DNA from: Octopus vulgaris
Lineage: Eukaryota
Direction of reading: 5' to 3'
NCBI GenBank assembly: GCA_951406725.2
Contig: OX597836.1
Location: forward strand, 39,742,001-39,806,000
Length of the DNA stretch: 64,000 bases
The translations under genes and the position numbers were made by a program. Below are positions 44,293-57,593 of the stretch, in pieces. A model generated the notes under the pieces. That model was not told where the DNA came from. It saw nothing but the letters and a program-made list of their open reading frames with translations, and made no database searches. How positions within the stretch are numbered: position 1 is the first letter of the stretch; every line of letters starts with the position of its first letter.

Positions 44293-45435
44293 ATATGTCT
44301 ATTAAGCGTTATTTATATGTTAGAAACATAAAGCTTCGCCTGGTCCCCAAATCTAGGTTTAGTTCAAGCATGCCCTCAACAGATAAGCAATTGTACTCTT
44401 TGAACGACTTACAGAGTTTGTCTAAAATCACTGGGGAGAGAGCATGGCTGTCACAATTCCCATGAATATAGTGTTACTTTTGAGCTCTCAAATTGGGCGG
44501 TGGAGAACAGCAAATAAAAACCCTGATACAGGGTACTCTCATATATACGTTCAGCTAAAACCTCTGCCTCTCTCAATCCTTTGCCACTGTTGCTCACAAG
44601 ATTGGCCGGGCGTAATCTTCCACATTTTCATCTTTGGCTCATTTCATGTAATATGATTCTTCGAATCATATTATTCCTCATAATAAACAACCGACCAAAA
44701 ATTTCAGTTTTTTTCGCAAAACAAAATTCTTTTAAAATCCACTAATTTTGATTGCCGTATCTGTAGATTAAGTAACAGTAATATAATAGTGTGAGACATA
44801 TGCATGTATTTCCATCCGTAGGTGGGTTAACTGTAGGTTGCATTTGATAAAGCTACTCGAATGATTGAGCGACATTAGGTGCATTTTTATATTAAACCGT
44901 GGAATTCTTGCGAAAAACATTGCACTGCAATATTATCCTCAGGTTAATATATATATATATGGAAAGGGCGGCGAGCTGGCAGAATCGTTAGCACGCCGGG
45001 GGAAATGCTTAGCGGCATTTCGTCTGCCGTTACGTTCTGAGTTCAAATTCAGACGAGGTCGACTTTGTTTTTCATTCTTTCGGGGTCGATAAATTAAATA
45101 CCAGTTACGCACTGTAGTCGATGTAATCAGCTTAATCTCTTTGTCTGTCCTTGTTTGTCCCCTCTATGTTTAGCCCCTTGAGGGCAATAAACAAATAGGA
45201 ATTGTTAGCACGCCGGGCGAAATGCTTAGAGGTATTTCGTCTGCCGCTACGTTCTGAGTTCAAATTCCGCCAAGGTCGACTTTGCCTTTCATCCTTTCGG
45301 GGTCGATTAAATAAGTACCAGTTACGCACTGGGGTCGATATAATCGACTTAATCCGTTTGTCTGTCCTTGTTTGTCCTCTCTGTGTTAAGCCCCTGGTGG
45401 GTAGTAAAGAAATAGGCATTTCGTCTGCCGTTACT
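44293..45435 (+). repeat. Left arm of local inverted duplication (unique DNA 44293-44965 plus SINE A array 44966-45435)
   Basis: Unique part is the reverse complement of ~47826-48650 with scattered substitutions and one indel block; the adjoining SINE arrays match in part. Confidence 0.88.
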
Positions 45436-45455
45436 TTATATATATACATACATAT

Positions 45456-45489
<34 letters not shown>

Positions 45490-45629
45490 CCATATATATA
45501 CACACACATATACATACACATACATATACATGCACACACATACACACACATTTCTTCCCTTATTTTATTTTTATACATGTGTATATGGATGTATGTGTGT
45601 ATGTGTATGTATGTATGTATGTGTATATA

Positions 45630-45700
<71 letters not shown>

Positions 45701-45702
45701 AA

Positions 45703-45946
45703 GTGAGAGTCTCCTTATTTACCTAAACTCTATTATTCTATTTATTCTTTTATCTACTTTATCACTGATTCCTTTGACCACTCCCCTAAGAATGATAGTT
45801 TGCGCCATGCCTACCACAAAAAGTCCCCTACCACCACCCCTTTAAACCTGCCTAAGTGTATAAATGCCAAAACTATTCTTGTCACCTAGCTTCCTGATGA
45901 TTTCTTTTGAATGAAACAGTTCTAGTCCTGCAGAAGCTCCTTCTAT

Positions 45947-45955
<9 letters not shown>
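45703..45955 (+). mobile_element. (TA)n-embedded element with mutated hammerhead (45888-45938)
   Basis: 45817-45950 is near-identical to 48657-48790; cleavage triplet is GCA instead of GTA. Confidence 0.72.
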
Positions 45956-46003
<48 letters not shown>

Positions 46004-46171
46004 GACATGCTTCTTTCAGTTTCCATCTACCGATTCAACTCACAAGGTTTTAGTCAGCCAGGGGCTATAGCAGAAGACACTTGGAGAAGGCGCCACTGAA
46101 CCCAGAACAAAGTGGTTGGAAAGCAAGAAGCAAGCTTCTTACCACACAGCACATAACTACGCCTTTACATA

Positions 46172-46204
<33 letters not shown>

Positions 46205-46227
46205 GCATAAATACATACATACATACA

Positions 46228-46780
46228 TGGTGGCTGCCCCCTCGTTATCGAGTACGGCCATTGCACGAAGCTTAATCAATGTTGTTATCGTGCGATGCCT
46301 GTGCAAGAAGATTTTTTTTAAGTGAGGAAAGGCTGTGCACTGAGTCAATCCCACTCACTAAGCAACAGCAGCCATAATCCAAAAAGAAGAACAAGTCAAC
46401 ATCATCGGTAACCACTGAGCCGCAGGTTTCATGTCGGAGTTATCCCAATTACTTGAGTTGCCTTCTCCTAGAAGGATACTCTAACAAATGCTAGGAGTCC
46501 TTCACTCCCAATGGTTTAACCGCGCGATCGGGTATTCAGTCCGATTATTTCTACGTCCCCGCGCATGATACAGCCTTAAGACATTTATTGGATGGCCGTT
46601 GATTCTCAAGTGTTCCTCTGCCCTTTGACGGGTTTTGTTTTTCATCCCGCAGGGTGTCCAATAATCACCCTCCTCACCAAGCAAGCTTGGTGGGGTTGCC
46701 AGTTTAGACGCCGACGGCCCGACCATGCAACAGGTTGTATTGGGTTACATGTTACTTGTAGCACTCGAAAATGACCTGAC
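46228..46780 (-). mobile_element. Probable non-coding retroelement remnant (RTE-UTR-like) between (CATA)n tracts
   Basis: GC-elevated block with no credible ORF; gttgccttctcctagaagg recalls RTE 5' UTR motifs (weak inference). Confidence 0.35.
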
Positions 46781-47011
46781 ATACATACATACATACATAC
46801 ATACATACATACATACATACATACATACATACAAACATACATACATACATATATATACACGCGCGTGTACGCGTGTCTCTGTGTGTGATGAGATAAACAG
46901 CTAAATCGGAAACATTTATATAAATAAAATGAAACCAGATTTTAAAATAAAGATTATATATTTTTATTTCCCAATGACTTCAATCATTAAATGGTAAATT
47001 CCATGTATATA

Positions 47012-47825
47012 TATTTTTTTATTGCCCACAGGGGGGATAAACATTGAGTAGACAAACAAGGACAAAGAGATTGAGTCGATTGCATCGACACCAGTACGTA
47101 ACTGGTACTTATTTAATCGACTCCGAAAATATGAAAGGCAAAGTGGACATCAGCGGAGTTTGAACTCACAACGTAATGACAGACGAAATACCTATTTATT
47201 TACTACCCACAAGGGGCTAAATACAGAGAGGACAAACAAGAACAGACAAACGTATTAAGTCGATTATATCGACCCCAGTGCGTGACTGGTACTTATTTAA
47301 TCGACCCCGAAAGGATGAAAGGCAACGTCAACTTCGGAGGAATTTGAACTCAGAACGTAGCGGCGGACGAAATACCTCAAAGCATTTCGCCCGGCGTGCT
47401 AACAATTCTAATTTCTTTATTGCCTACAAGGGGCTAAACAAAGAGGGGACAAACAAGGACAGACAAAGAGATTAAGTCGATTACATCGACTACAGTGCGT
47501 AACTGGTACTTAATTTATCGACATCGAAATGATGAAAGGCAAAGTCGACCTCGGCGGAATTTGAACTCAGAAAGTAACGGCAGACGAAATGCCTATTTCT
47601 TTACTACCCACCAGGGGCTTAACACAGAGAGGACAAACAAGGACAGACAAACGGATTAAGTCGATTATATCGACCCCAGTGCGTAACTGGTATTTATTTA
47701 ATCGGGCCCAAAATAATGAAAGGCAAAGTCGACCTCGGTTGAATTTGAACTCAGAACGTAACAGCAGACGAAATGCCGCTAAGCATTTTGTCCGGCGTGC
47801 TAACGTTTCTGCCAGCTCGCCGCCC
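47012..47825 (-). mobile_element. SINE family A tetrameric array
   Basis: Four body units with two junction types. Confidence 0.9.
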
Positions 47826-48650
47826 TTTTCATATATATATATATTAACCTGAGGATAATATTGCAGTGCAACTATTTTCGCAAGAATTCCACGGTTTAAT
47901 ATAAAAATGCACCTGATGTCGCTCAATCATTCGAGTAGTTTTATCAAATGCAAACAACAGTTAACCCACCTACAGATGGAAATACATGCATATGTCTCAC
48001 AGTATTATATTACTGTTACTTAATCTACAGATACGGCAATCAAAATTAGAGGATTTTAAAAGAATTTTGTTTTGCGAAAAAAACTGAAATTTTTGGTCGG
48101 TTGTTTATTATGAGGAATAATATGATTCGAAGAATCGTATTACCTGAAATGAGCCAAAGATGAAAATGTGGAAGATTACGCTCGGCCAATCTTGTGAGCA
48201 ACAGTGGCAAAGGATTGAGAGAGGCAGACGTTTCAGCTGAACGTATATGAGAGTACCCTGTATCAGGGTTTTAATTTGCTGTTCTCCACCGCCCAATTTG
48301 AGAGCTCAAAAGTAACATTATATTCAAGGGAATTGTGACAGCCATGTTATTTGCAGGAAATAACTTTTTTAACATTATTCATATTGATGACGCCTGGGAA
48401 CAATTTGTCCAGTAATGTAACCCCGTTGAATGCTCTGTGGTGTCGGTCATGTTCGGTTTAAGATCTTCACTATACCATGTAATCAATTGCAGGCAACTCG
48501 TATCTTTTGCCTTGAATTGTGTCTCCACCAGTTAGTCGTTCAAAGAGTACAATTGCTTATCTGTTGAAGGCATGCTTCAACTAAACCTTGATTTGGGAAC
48601 CAGGCGAAGCTTTATCTTTCTAACATATAAGTAACGCTTAATAGACATAT
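47826..48650 (-). repeat. Right arm (unique part) of local inverted duplication
   Basis: Reverse complement of 44293-44965, with ~185 bp at ~48347-48530 in place of ~30 bp in the left arm. Confidence 0.88.
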
Positions 48651-48727
48651 ATACCCCAAAAAGTCCCCTACCACCACCCCTTTAAACCTGCCTAAGTGTA
48701 TAAATGCCAAAACTATTCTTGTCACCT

Positions 48728-48778
48728 AGCTTCCTGATGATTTCTTTTGAATGAAACAGTTCTAGTCCTGTAGAAGCT
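48728..48778 (+). ncRNA. Type I hammerhead ribozyme motif, canonical core
   Basis: agcttc-CTGATGA-tttc(tttt)gaat-GAAACAG-ttctagtc-CTGTA^-gaagct: 6-bp stem I, 4-bp stem III; first stem II pair is a U-U mismatch. Confidence 0.75.
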
Positions 48779-48860
48779 CCTTCTATAAAATAAATTAATT
48801 TACTCTGCTATGTATTGAGTACCTTATTTACTGTGGTTAACCCCGACTCAACCCGGGACC

Positions 48861-48909
<49 letters not shown>

Positions 48910-49099
48910 ATGTATGTATGTATGTATGTATGTATGTATGTATGTATGTATGTATGTATGTGTGTGTGTGTGTGTGCGTGTATCTGTGTGCCTTTGTACT
49001 TGTGTTTTCCCCACCCCATCACCGCTTGATAACCAGTGCTGGTGTGTTCTTGAGTCTATGTGATATTGAAATTTATTCCAAATTCTCTGATTTACGCCG

Positions 49100-49187
<88 letters not shown>

Positions 49188-49255
49188 TGTGTGTGTATAT
49201 ATATGTATGTATATATATCTATATCTATATCTATATCTATCTATCTATCTATCTA

Positions 49256-49306
<51 letters not shown>

Positions 49307-49711
49307 ACGTGTGTACACTAACACTGTTTTTGGCGCACGCAACACGAATACCAATATGTTCTCGTGGCTTTTACGCGCGTTCTTTTTCGTTACGCATTCT
49401 GCAGCATACTTCAAATTCAGAAACTTAACAACTGGTTTTCTTGTTCCTTCGTTCAGTTAACAGTAGTTTTCGTTCTGCAAACTTCATGTCAGCCACATGT
49501 CGAGACATGTAAAAGCCTTGTAAGTAAGCAATGTTATATTTTCTGCAGCTCACCTTCATTACAACGCTTCATACATAACCTACAGACTCACATGCAACGG
49601 GTGCTCGATTCATGTTCTTCTACATTTTCTGGGTTTTTTTCCTTCCTTTTGTCTTCACATCATCTATGATCCATTCCTACAGGTTCCGGACATGTCTGCT
49701 ATATTCTCCTA

Positions 49712-50110
49712 ATCGTTAGCACACCGGGCGAAATGCGTAGCCGTATTTCGTCTGCCGTTACGTTCTGAGTTCAAATTCCGCCGAGGTCCACTTTGTCTTT
49801 CATCCTTTCGGGGTCGATAAATTAAGTACCAGTTACACACTGGGGTCGCTGTAATCGACTTAATCCGTTTGTCTGTCCTTGTTTGTCCTCTCTGTGTTTA
49901 GCCCTTTGTGGGTAGTAAAGAAATAGGTATTTCGTCTGCCGTTTACGTTCTGGGTTCATATTCCGCCGAGGTCGACTTTGCCTTTCATCCTTTCGGTGTC
50001 GATAAATTAAGTAGCAGTTACATACTGGGGTTGATGTAATCGACTTAATCCGTTTGTCTGTCCTTGTTCGTCTCCTCTGTGTTTAGCCCCTTGTGGGTAG
50101 TAAAGAAATA
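49712..50110 (+). mobile_element. SINE family A dimer
   Basis: TSD tatattctccta at 49700-49711 and 50113-50124. Confidence 0.92.
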
Positions 50111-50522
50111 TATATATTCTCCTAGTGTTTTGCATAAGAAACAGCCCACAAGTTTCGCGGCACTTTCTTTCTGCCATTTTTAACACAAACGACCGGAACT
50201 TCTACGAACTCAAAAAAACATTATACTCGCATTCGTTTACTCATCTTCTCTCCCACTCATACCTTTGTCTCATCTGCAAAGAACTACAGAACTTCAAGAA
50301 ATACACCCTATTTCCTTATCGTCATGTCCGATACAATTCTTTGGTAAATGAAATAAGAAACTAAAGAAAAAACAAAATAAATAAACAAAATGGTGATTCG
50401 AAAACAAAGATCTCTCTCATCCATTTATCTATCTTCCCATTCATCTCATTGTTGATGCGGTAACACTCACAGTTATTTGTTTTTTCAGATGTTGAACTGA
50501 TAACCCACATTATGATACCATT

Positions 50523-50578
<56 letters not shown>

Positions 50579-50807
50579 CAGACCCACGCCTAACGTATAT
50601 GTGTATATATGTATATGTGTGTATGTATGTGTGTATATAAATATATATGTATATGTATATATGTATATGTGTGTGTATATATATATATGTATAAATGTAT
50701 ATGTGTGTGAATATATATATATATATATATACACATATATATGTATATATATATGTGTATATGTGTGTTATATATATATATATATGTATAAATGTATATA
50801 TGTTTGA

Positions 50808-50838
<31 letters not shown>

Positions 50839-50900
50839 TATATGTGTGTGTGCGTGCGCGCGTGTGTGTATGAGTCCAAGCATTAGTACGTATATGGAAG

Positions 50901-51899
50901 TATCGGATTGAGTAAAAAGTAGGCAACGTTTTGAGCCATGAAGAATTTGTACCGGATCTTTCCAGAGTTTTGAATTATTTGAAAACAATTTGTTCTGCAA
51001 TTGTCAGATAATACAAACGATTTCGCAGTGGAGACCTGAGCTTTGAAAATCGCGAGCGTAGTGGACGCCCACCAGTCATCGATGACAGCCAATTAAAGCT
51101 ACCTAAAACCATTTGCATGCGATCGGAAAACCAAAAGAGCTTGACAGATGGATACCACACGATTTGAATGAAAATTAGAAAATGCGCAGATATGAAGTTT
51201 GCTCGTCGCTTCTTCTCCGTGGCCAGACCGATCCATTTCTCTTACTATGAAAAGTGGAATTTGTACAATAATATAAAACGTTCTTCGCAGACCAAAATGA
51301 GGGCACCGAAAACCTTCCCTAAACTCGAGCTCTTCAAAAAGAAGGTTAAAGGTTATGGTGACTGTTTGGTGGTGTACTGCTGGACTCATTCACTATAACT
51401 TCTTAAAACCCCGAAAAACCATTACTGCAGAAACATATTGTCATGAAATTATCAAATGAAAGAAAAACTGCTACTCCTTCGCCCCAGACTGGTCAACAGA
51501 AGAGGGCCAATCATTCTTCAGGACAATGCTCGACAGTACGTTTCACTAATGACGCTCCAGAAGTTGAGGGAATTTGGCTATAATATTCTTCCCCACCCAG
51601 CTTATTCCCCAAGCTTTTCTCCGACAGACTACTACTTTTTCAAGCACCTTCACGATTTCCTGCGAGAGAAAGAGCTTAAAGAATCAAACCGATGTTGTAA
51701 GTGCATTCAAATAGTTCATCAGCTGCAGGACTCCTGATTTTTATGTTACCAGAATAAACATTCTTGTAACTAGTTGGTAAAATTTGGTAAAATTGATTTT
51801 AATGGTATTCTTTTATTGAATAACACTTCCGCATTGTTGAAATGCATTGTGGTGAATTTCATGTTTCAAAACGTTTCTTATTTTTTACAAAGCCTGATA
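50901..51899 (+). mobile_element. Decayed mariner (DD34D-type) transposon with both TIRs
   Basis: Imperfect ~40-bp TIRs (tatcggattgagtaaaaagtaggcaacgttttgagccatgaa / ttcatgtttcaaaacgtttcttattttttacaaagcctgata) with TA ends. Fragments RFRSGDLS..ERSGRP, WIPHDL, ILQDNAR and PHPAYSPSFSPTDYYFF are broken by frameshifts. Confidence 0.9.
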
Positions 51900-52210
51900 C
51901 ATGTGAACCAGCACATATCTATACGTATAGGCCAAATCTTAAAAGTTCAGCCGAAGACAATCGCATGTGTAGTCAACCATGAAGAACCAATCAACAGTAC
52001 AAAGAAATCAATGGAGCGAGCTGAGGAGTTACGTGTGAAATAAAATTGGGATTGTTTACTTTAAACAACACCACGTTTTCCCTTCTCACTTGATGCCGTT
52101 GGCCAAAACAATCAATATATATGACTGCTTATCAGTATCTCTTTGTCAGACAGTCTGTCTATCTGTTTGTCTGTCTGTCTATATATTTATCTATCTATCA
52201 CTTTCTCTTA

Positions 52211-52284
<74 letters not shown>

Positions 52285-52287
<3 letters not shown>

Positions 52288-52445
52288 CGACGGGCGTCTT
52301 TCTGTTTCCGTCTACCAAATACACTCACAAGGCTTTGGTCGGTCCAAGGCTATAGTAGAAGTCACCTGCCCAAGGTGCCACACAGTGGAACTGAACCCGG
52401 AACCATGTACTTGGGAAGCAAGCTTCTTACCACCCAACCACCCCT
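52285..52445 (-). mobile_element. SINE family B 5' half
   Basis: Family B head and core. Confidence 0.85.
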
Positions 52446-52512
52446 GATGATTGTTCATTGGTTATTTACTGTGTTTGCAGAGGAGAGAAAAACCCTGCCA
52501 TGAATCCCGTTC

Positions 52513-52933
52513 GGATCTTTTCGGTTTGAACGGCAGTTTTTTTCGAGCGGTGTCATATGAAATTGTCACCCATAATTATAACCCTAGTATCGATCTATTA
52601 CATTTCAATGTGTTTTAGGGTTAGGGTTAGGGGTGGGGAGAAGGGTATCTTTTTTCTTCACAAATGTAAATAAACCCAATCTGTTTCTTAAACGAGGAAC
52701 ATATTCATACGGTACAGAATGTTTTTTTTTTACCTCAATAGACGTCAGTGATTGGTTGAAATTGCAGAAATTGAAGTAAAAAAACAACAAATATCTTACA
52801 AACTATAGAATTTTCTCAATAAAGCTAAGAGAAAAAGATGTTTTATAAACACATTCTACCAGTATACGAAGTTTAATATTTTTTAGTTACCTAGAAATTA
52901 TGTTAAAAACTGCCGGTCAAACCGAAAAGATCC
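52513..52933. mobile_element. MITE with ~29-bp TIRs, Merlin-like
   Basis: TIRs ggatcttttcggtttgaacggcagttttt / aaaaactgccggtcaaaccgaaaagatcc; 8-bp TSD tcccgttc/tccagttc (one mismatch); GG termini. Confidence 0.82.
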
Positions 52934-53071
52934 TCCAGTTCGTTTGCCTCTTGTTAATAAAATAAATGATGCCAAGTACATATTATAATTTAATTATATT
53001 TTGATTCATGCGTTTTTGTTCGTCTCGTTTCAACTATAAACGTCTTTAAACGTTTTATATAGAAGCTTCTA

Positions 53072-53458
53072 GTGGAGGCGCAATGCCCCAGTGGTTAGGG
53101 CAGCGGACTCGCGGGCGGAGGATCGCGGTTTCGGTTCCCAGACCGGGCATTGTGAGTGTTTATTGAGCGAAAACACCTAAAGCTCCACGAGGCTCCGGCA
53201 GGGGATGGTGGTGAACCCTGCTGTACTCTTTCACCACAACTTTCTCTCGCTCTTTCTTCCTGTTTCTCTTGTACTTGTATTTCAAAGGGCCAGCCTTGTC
53301 GCATTCTGTGTGTCACGCTGAATCTCCTCGAGAACTACGTTAAGGGTACACGTGTCTGTTGAGTGCTCAGCCACTTGCACGTTAATATCACGAGCAAGCT
53401 GTTCCGATGATCGTACCAGCTGGGACCCTCATCGTCGCAACCGACGGAGTGCTCCTAC
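53072..53458 (+). mobile_element. SINE with family C head and tail type 2
   Basis: TSD tatagaagcttcta at 53058-53071 and 53459-53472. Confidence 0.9.
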
Positions 53459-53820
53459 TATAGAAGCTTCTATTTCGACTTTGGCTGAATCTGTTCTGAG
53501 ACGAAAACATTTCGGAACAGGAAATGAGTAGAGGATATATTTGACCAAGAAAAATCGTTTTAGTTTGTTGTTGATTTGTTGTGTAGAAAGAGAGGTAAAT
53601 TCAAATTTAGATTAAGTTACTATGTTGCAAGACTTGAAACGTTTCCAATTTATCCCCCCCACCCCTGTTAGAGAACTGTAGTTATTAAGCAGGCGGGGTC
53701 TCTGTATCTCAGTTACACCTTCCTAAAAAATATTTAGATAGTTCATTCGAGACGTTTTGGGTGAGGGATGTTGCACACACACACACACACACACACATCA
53801 CACGTACTCTCGCACACTTA

Positions 53821-53857
<37 letters not shown>

Positions 53858-54299
53858 AGACACACACACACAGACTTAGATACACATACACTCACACGTA
53901 CTCACACGCACACACACACACAAACACACACTCACACACACACACTCACACAAACACACACATACATACACACACAAACACACACACGCACACTCACACA
54001 CCAACACGTACTCACACTCACAAACACACAAACACACACACAAACACACACACACACACACACACTCACACGTAGTCACACACACACACTCACACTGTCT
54101 CTCTCTCACACACACGCACACACACTCACACATACTCACACACACACAAGCACACATATGCACACGCACACATACTCACATGCACACACATATATGTACA
54201 CACATTCCCCTCGGAGGTGATGATTCACAGCTTTGCTTCTCCGGTTTTTCTCGTTTGTTTTCGTCGTTTGTTCAGTAATTTTTTCGTGTGCAACAAATC

Positions 54300-54707
54300 T
54301 TTTATCTTTTACTTGTTTCAATCACTGGTCTGCTGCGACCATACTGGAGCACCGCCTTGAAGTATTTAGCCGAACAAATCTTCTCCAGTATTTATTTTTC
54401 AAATTTGGTACTTACTCTATCGATCCGTTTGCCGAACCTCTATGTTACGGGGACGTAAACAAACCAGGATTGGTTGTCGATCGGTGTTGGGGGACAAATA
54501 TAAACACAAAGACAGACAGACGCACACATGTATGTACGACCGGCTTCCACACTTTCCGTCTACTAAATTCATTCATTCACTCACTCACTCACAAAGCATT
54601 TATAGACCCAATGGTTCTAGTAGAAGACTCTTGCCCAAGATGCTGTGCAGTGGGACCGAACCCAAAACCATGTGGCTGCAAAGCGAGCTTCTCAACTACA
54701 CGGCCAT
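54300..54707 (-). mobile_element. SINE family B, old diverged copy
   Basis: Collinear family B motifs. Confidence 0.75.
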
Positions 54708-54806
54708 AGTTAGCTAGTTAGTCCACACTACTCCGTAAATAGCAGAGGGCCGCAACCACTTCATGTTAATGGACGGATCTTGGGTTACTCCCTGATTACA
54801 TTAGAG

Positions 54807-55025
54807 CAGTGCTTTTCAACCTTTTTGCTGGAGCGGAACCCCAAGGAAACATTCCACTGGCTCGAGGAACCCCTGTGCAATAATTTAATAGTCTTATGCA
54901 CACATATCTGCACAGGAGAATTATGAATTACTGCCGATTTTAGCAGTTTTGTAACTTCTTGCGGAACCCCTGGACTGTACTGGCGGAACCCTAAGGTTCC
55001 GCAGAACCCTGGCTGAAAACCACTG
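54807..55025. mobile_element. hAT (Charlie-like) MITE, 219 bp
   Basis: TIRs cagtgcttttca / tgaaaaccactg; perfect 8-bp TSD cattagag (54799-54806, 55026-55033); repeated ggaaccc subterminal motifs. Confidence 0.92.
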
Positions 55026-55049
55026 CATTAGAGAGACTGGTTGCTTTCG

Positions 55050-55325
55050 CTTCGTCCTCCACGCATCCTTTCCAAGCCTACTCGGGTCGTCCAACTTTCC
55101 TCTTTCTATCAGGTTGCTAGTCTATCACTTCTCTTGCAATGCTGCTTGGAGGTCTCCTTAGAATGTGGCTGACCCAGCACCACTTCCCTTACAGAATTTC
55201 TTGATTGATATGAATTTGGTTGTTTGGTTCGTTCTATCCCACAGGCTTCTATTTGAAATTTTGTCCGACCACCAGATCTTGAGAATGGAGTGCAGATATT
55301 TGTTGACGAAGGTCTGTAGCTAAAT
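55050..55325 (-). pseudogene. RTE-clade LINE ORF C-terminal fragment
   Basis: Minus-strand translation LQTFVNKYLHSILKIWWSDKISNRSLWDRT...KWCWVSHILRRPPSSIAREVID*QPDRKRKVGRP. Confidence 0.82.
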
Positions 55326-55837
55326 GTCGATAAATTTTCCAGTTCCGTGATTATGCCAACGCAAGCCTTATCATCATTATTTTTATCACATCACCGAAGT
55401 CTGGATCTTGGTGCATCGTTCACTTCAGTTTTTAAAGTTTCTTTTTCGAGGAATCCGGGCAATTTGAAAATACCTCAACGAGTGATGACTGCGGCTTGCA
55501 TAGTTACGAGTTGTCCTTTGGAAAGGTATAGCACCTGTTCAACCACCCTACATGGGATAAAGCGAAGTCATGGGACTGCAGTGTAGTGGATTGTGAGTAG
55601 TAGCGGAAGAGCTCAACTGAGCAAAGCCGCTTCTTACATTGATACTGAGCGGAGGAATCCAAGAAGATCAACGCTCAGGATCACCAAACTCTATCAAAAG
55701 AGTTCTGTGATCAGTTAATGAAAGAGTCACTATGACTCAAGCTTCTAATTTAGATTTATAATCATGAAATTGGATGGCGACAGAGAGTCACGAGAATCCG
55801 CGAAAGCAGCACGACTGAAGAAGACATTTTACTCATA

Positions 55838-56017
55838 TAGGAGTGGCTGTGTGGCAAGTAGCTTGCTTACGAACCACATGGTTCCGGATTCAGTCCCACT
55901 GCGTGACACCTTGGGCAAGTGTCTTCTACTATAGCCTCGGGCCGACCAAAACCTTGTGAGTGGATTTGGTAGACTAAACTGAAAGAAGCCCGTCGTATAT
56001 ATGTATATATATATACA

Positions 56018-56082
<65 letters not shown>

Positions 56083-56278
56083 TTGTCACCCCAACATCGC
56101 TTGACAACCGATGCTGGTGTGTTTACGTCCCCGTCATTTAGCGGTTCGGCAAAAGAGACCGATAGAATAAGTACTAGGCTTACAAAGAATAAGTCCTGGG
56201 GACGATTTGCTCGACTAAAGGCGGTTCTCCAGCATGGCCGCAGTCAAATAACTGAAACCAGTAAAAGAGTAAAAGAGT
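55838..56278 (+). mobile_element. SINE family B, full-length reference copy (tRNA head, CORE-like gacaccttgggcaagt, internal microsatellite)
   Basis: A/B-box-like head, (TA)n(TG)n centre and tail gtaaaagagtaaaagag. Confidence 0.93.
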
Positions 56279-56723
56279 ATGGATGCGTATAATATAGCTA
56301 TTTATTAAAGAAAGCAATTTCTAGTAGAAGCGAAACGACGAGATCTCGCGTCTAGTAGGATATCCAACGCGGGAGATTTTCTTCCTGCGAACATGGAATA
56401 GTTTGGATCTATTAAATATGCAAACCTCATTACCAACGGTTTTAGACTGAACAGCAGTTAGGAAGTATTTAATACTGACCGTTAGGTGAAGTAGTCAGTG
56501 GACTGTACTCAGAGATGAACAACATTGATCTCGTACCTGTTACTGACGACGGTTAATTGAGCTGTATTTGTGGACACTGGTCAGAGATTGAAATGCAATT
56601 TTCTGGTTGCTAATAATGACGGGTGGAATGTGGTGAGACCAAATCACATTGATCTAGTATCTTCTTCAGATAGCTAGTTGCACTTACTGGCATACGGCAG
56701 TCCGAGACTAAACAACGTTGTTA

Positions 56724-57095
56724 TCTCTCTATTATATATAAACGGCAAAATGTCTGTCTGTGTGTGTGTCCTTTATACAAATCCACAAGTTTTCAGTTAC
56801 AGGGCTCGCACTTTCTATGGTCATTCAAAACCATCCAAGGGTGGTCGTGCACATCTTTACATTTCCCCAGTCTCCCCGCAAAGCCATTAAAAAAATCAAT
56901 AGAAGTGACTTTTTTGTGAATTTTCTATCCAAAACCCAATCAAAATGCCTGAAACTTGATACGCCAATTGAATGCCAGCTATCCGTATGTGATTGGTCGG
57001 AGATTTGGACAGCACTCGCGTGTATGTGCGCACGCACGCCGCTGTATATGCATGCACTAGCATTATGACCCGGCGTTGCCGGGTCATAGTGCTTG
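56724..57095 (+). mobile_element. Non-autonomous Helitron
   Basis: A|TC start, 3' palindrome tatgacccggcgttgccgggtcata, CTTG|T end; homologous to 43114-43543. Confidence 0.8.
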
Positions 57096-57593
57096 TTGTA
57101 AATAAAAATTGACGATAGTTAATTGAGATGGTTTAGTGACCGTGATTTGAGACTGAATTACAAATATCTGGTATAGAATACTGACTGGAAGTAGAATATA
57201 GCGAGACCAAGTCACATTGATCTAGTATCTTCTTCTGATAGCTAGTTGCATTAACTGGCGTACTGTGGTCCGAGACTGACTCGCGTTGACCTGGTATCTT
57301 AACTGACCAGAGGAATGTAGTTTAGGATTGGACCACATTGAAGTAGCTTCTATTTTTGCCGGGTCAGTGAAATGATAAGCACACTGTGATTTGTGACTGA
57401 GTGAGGAGCTGTTGCCTGAGACAGACCGAAACACGTTGATCTCGTAGTAGCGATTACTAACTTGTGAACTGATCGTATTTGGCCCCTTGTGGCCAATAAA
57501 GAAATTGAACTGATCGTATTACTGTAGATTAGGCTGAGTAACATACGGATACCTGAGATTGAACCACGCTGATCTAGTACATTTTCTTGATAA

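Noticed and set aside
52615-52632. Telomere or chromosome-end signal
   Set aside because: Only three TTAGGG units, internal to a MITE.
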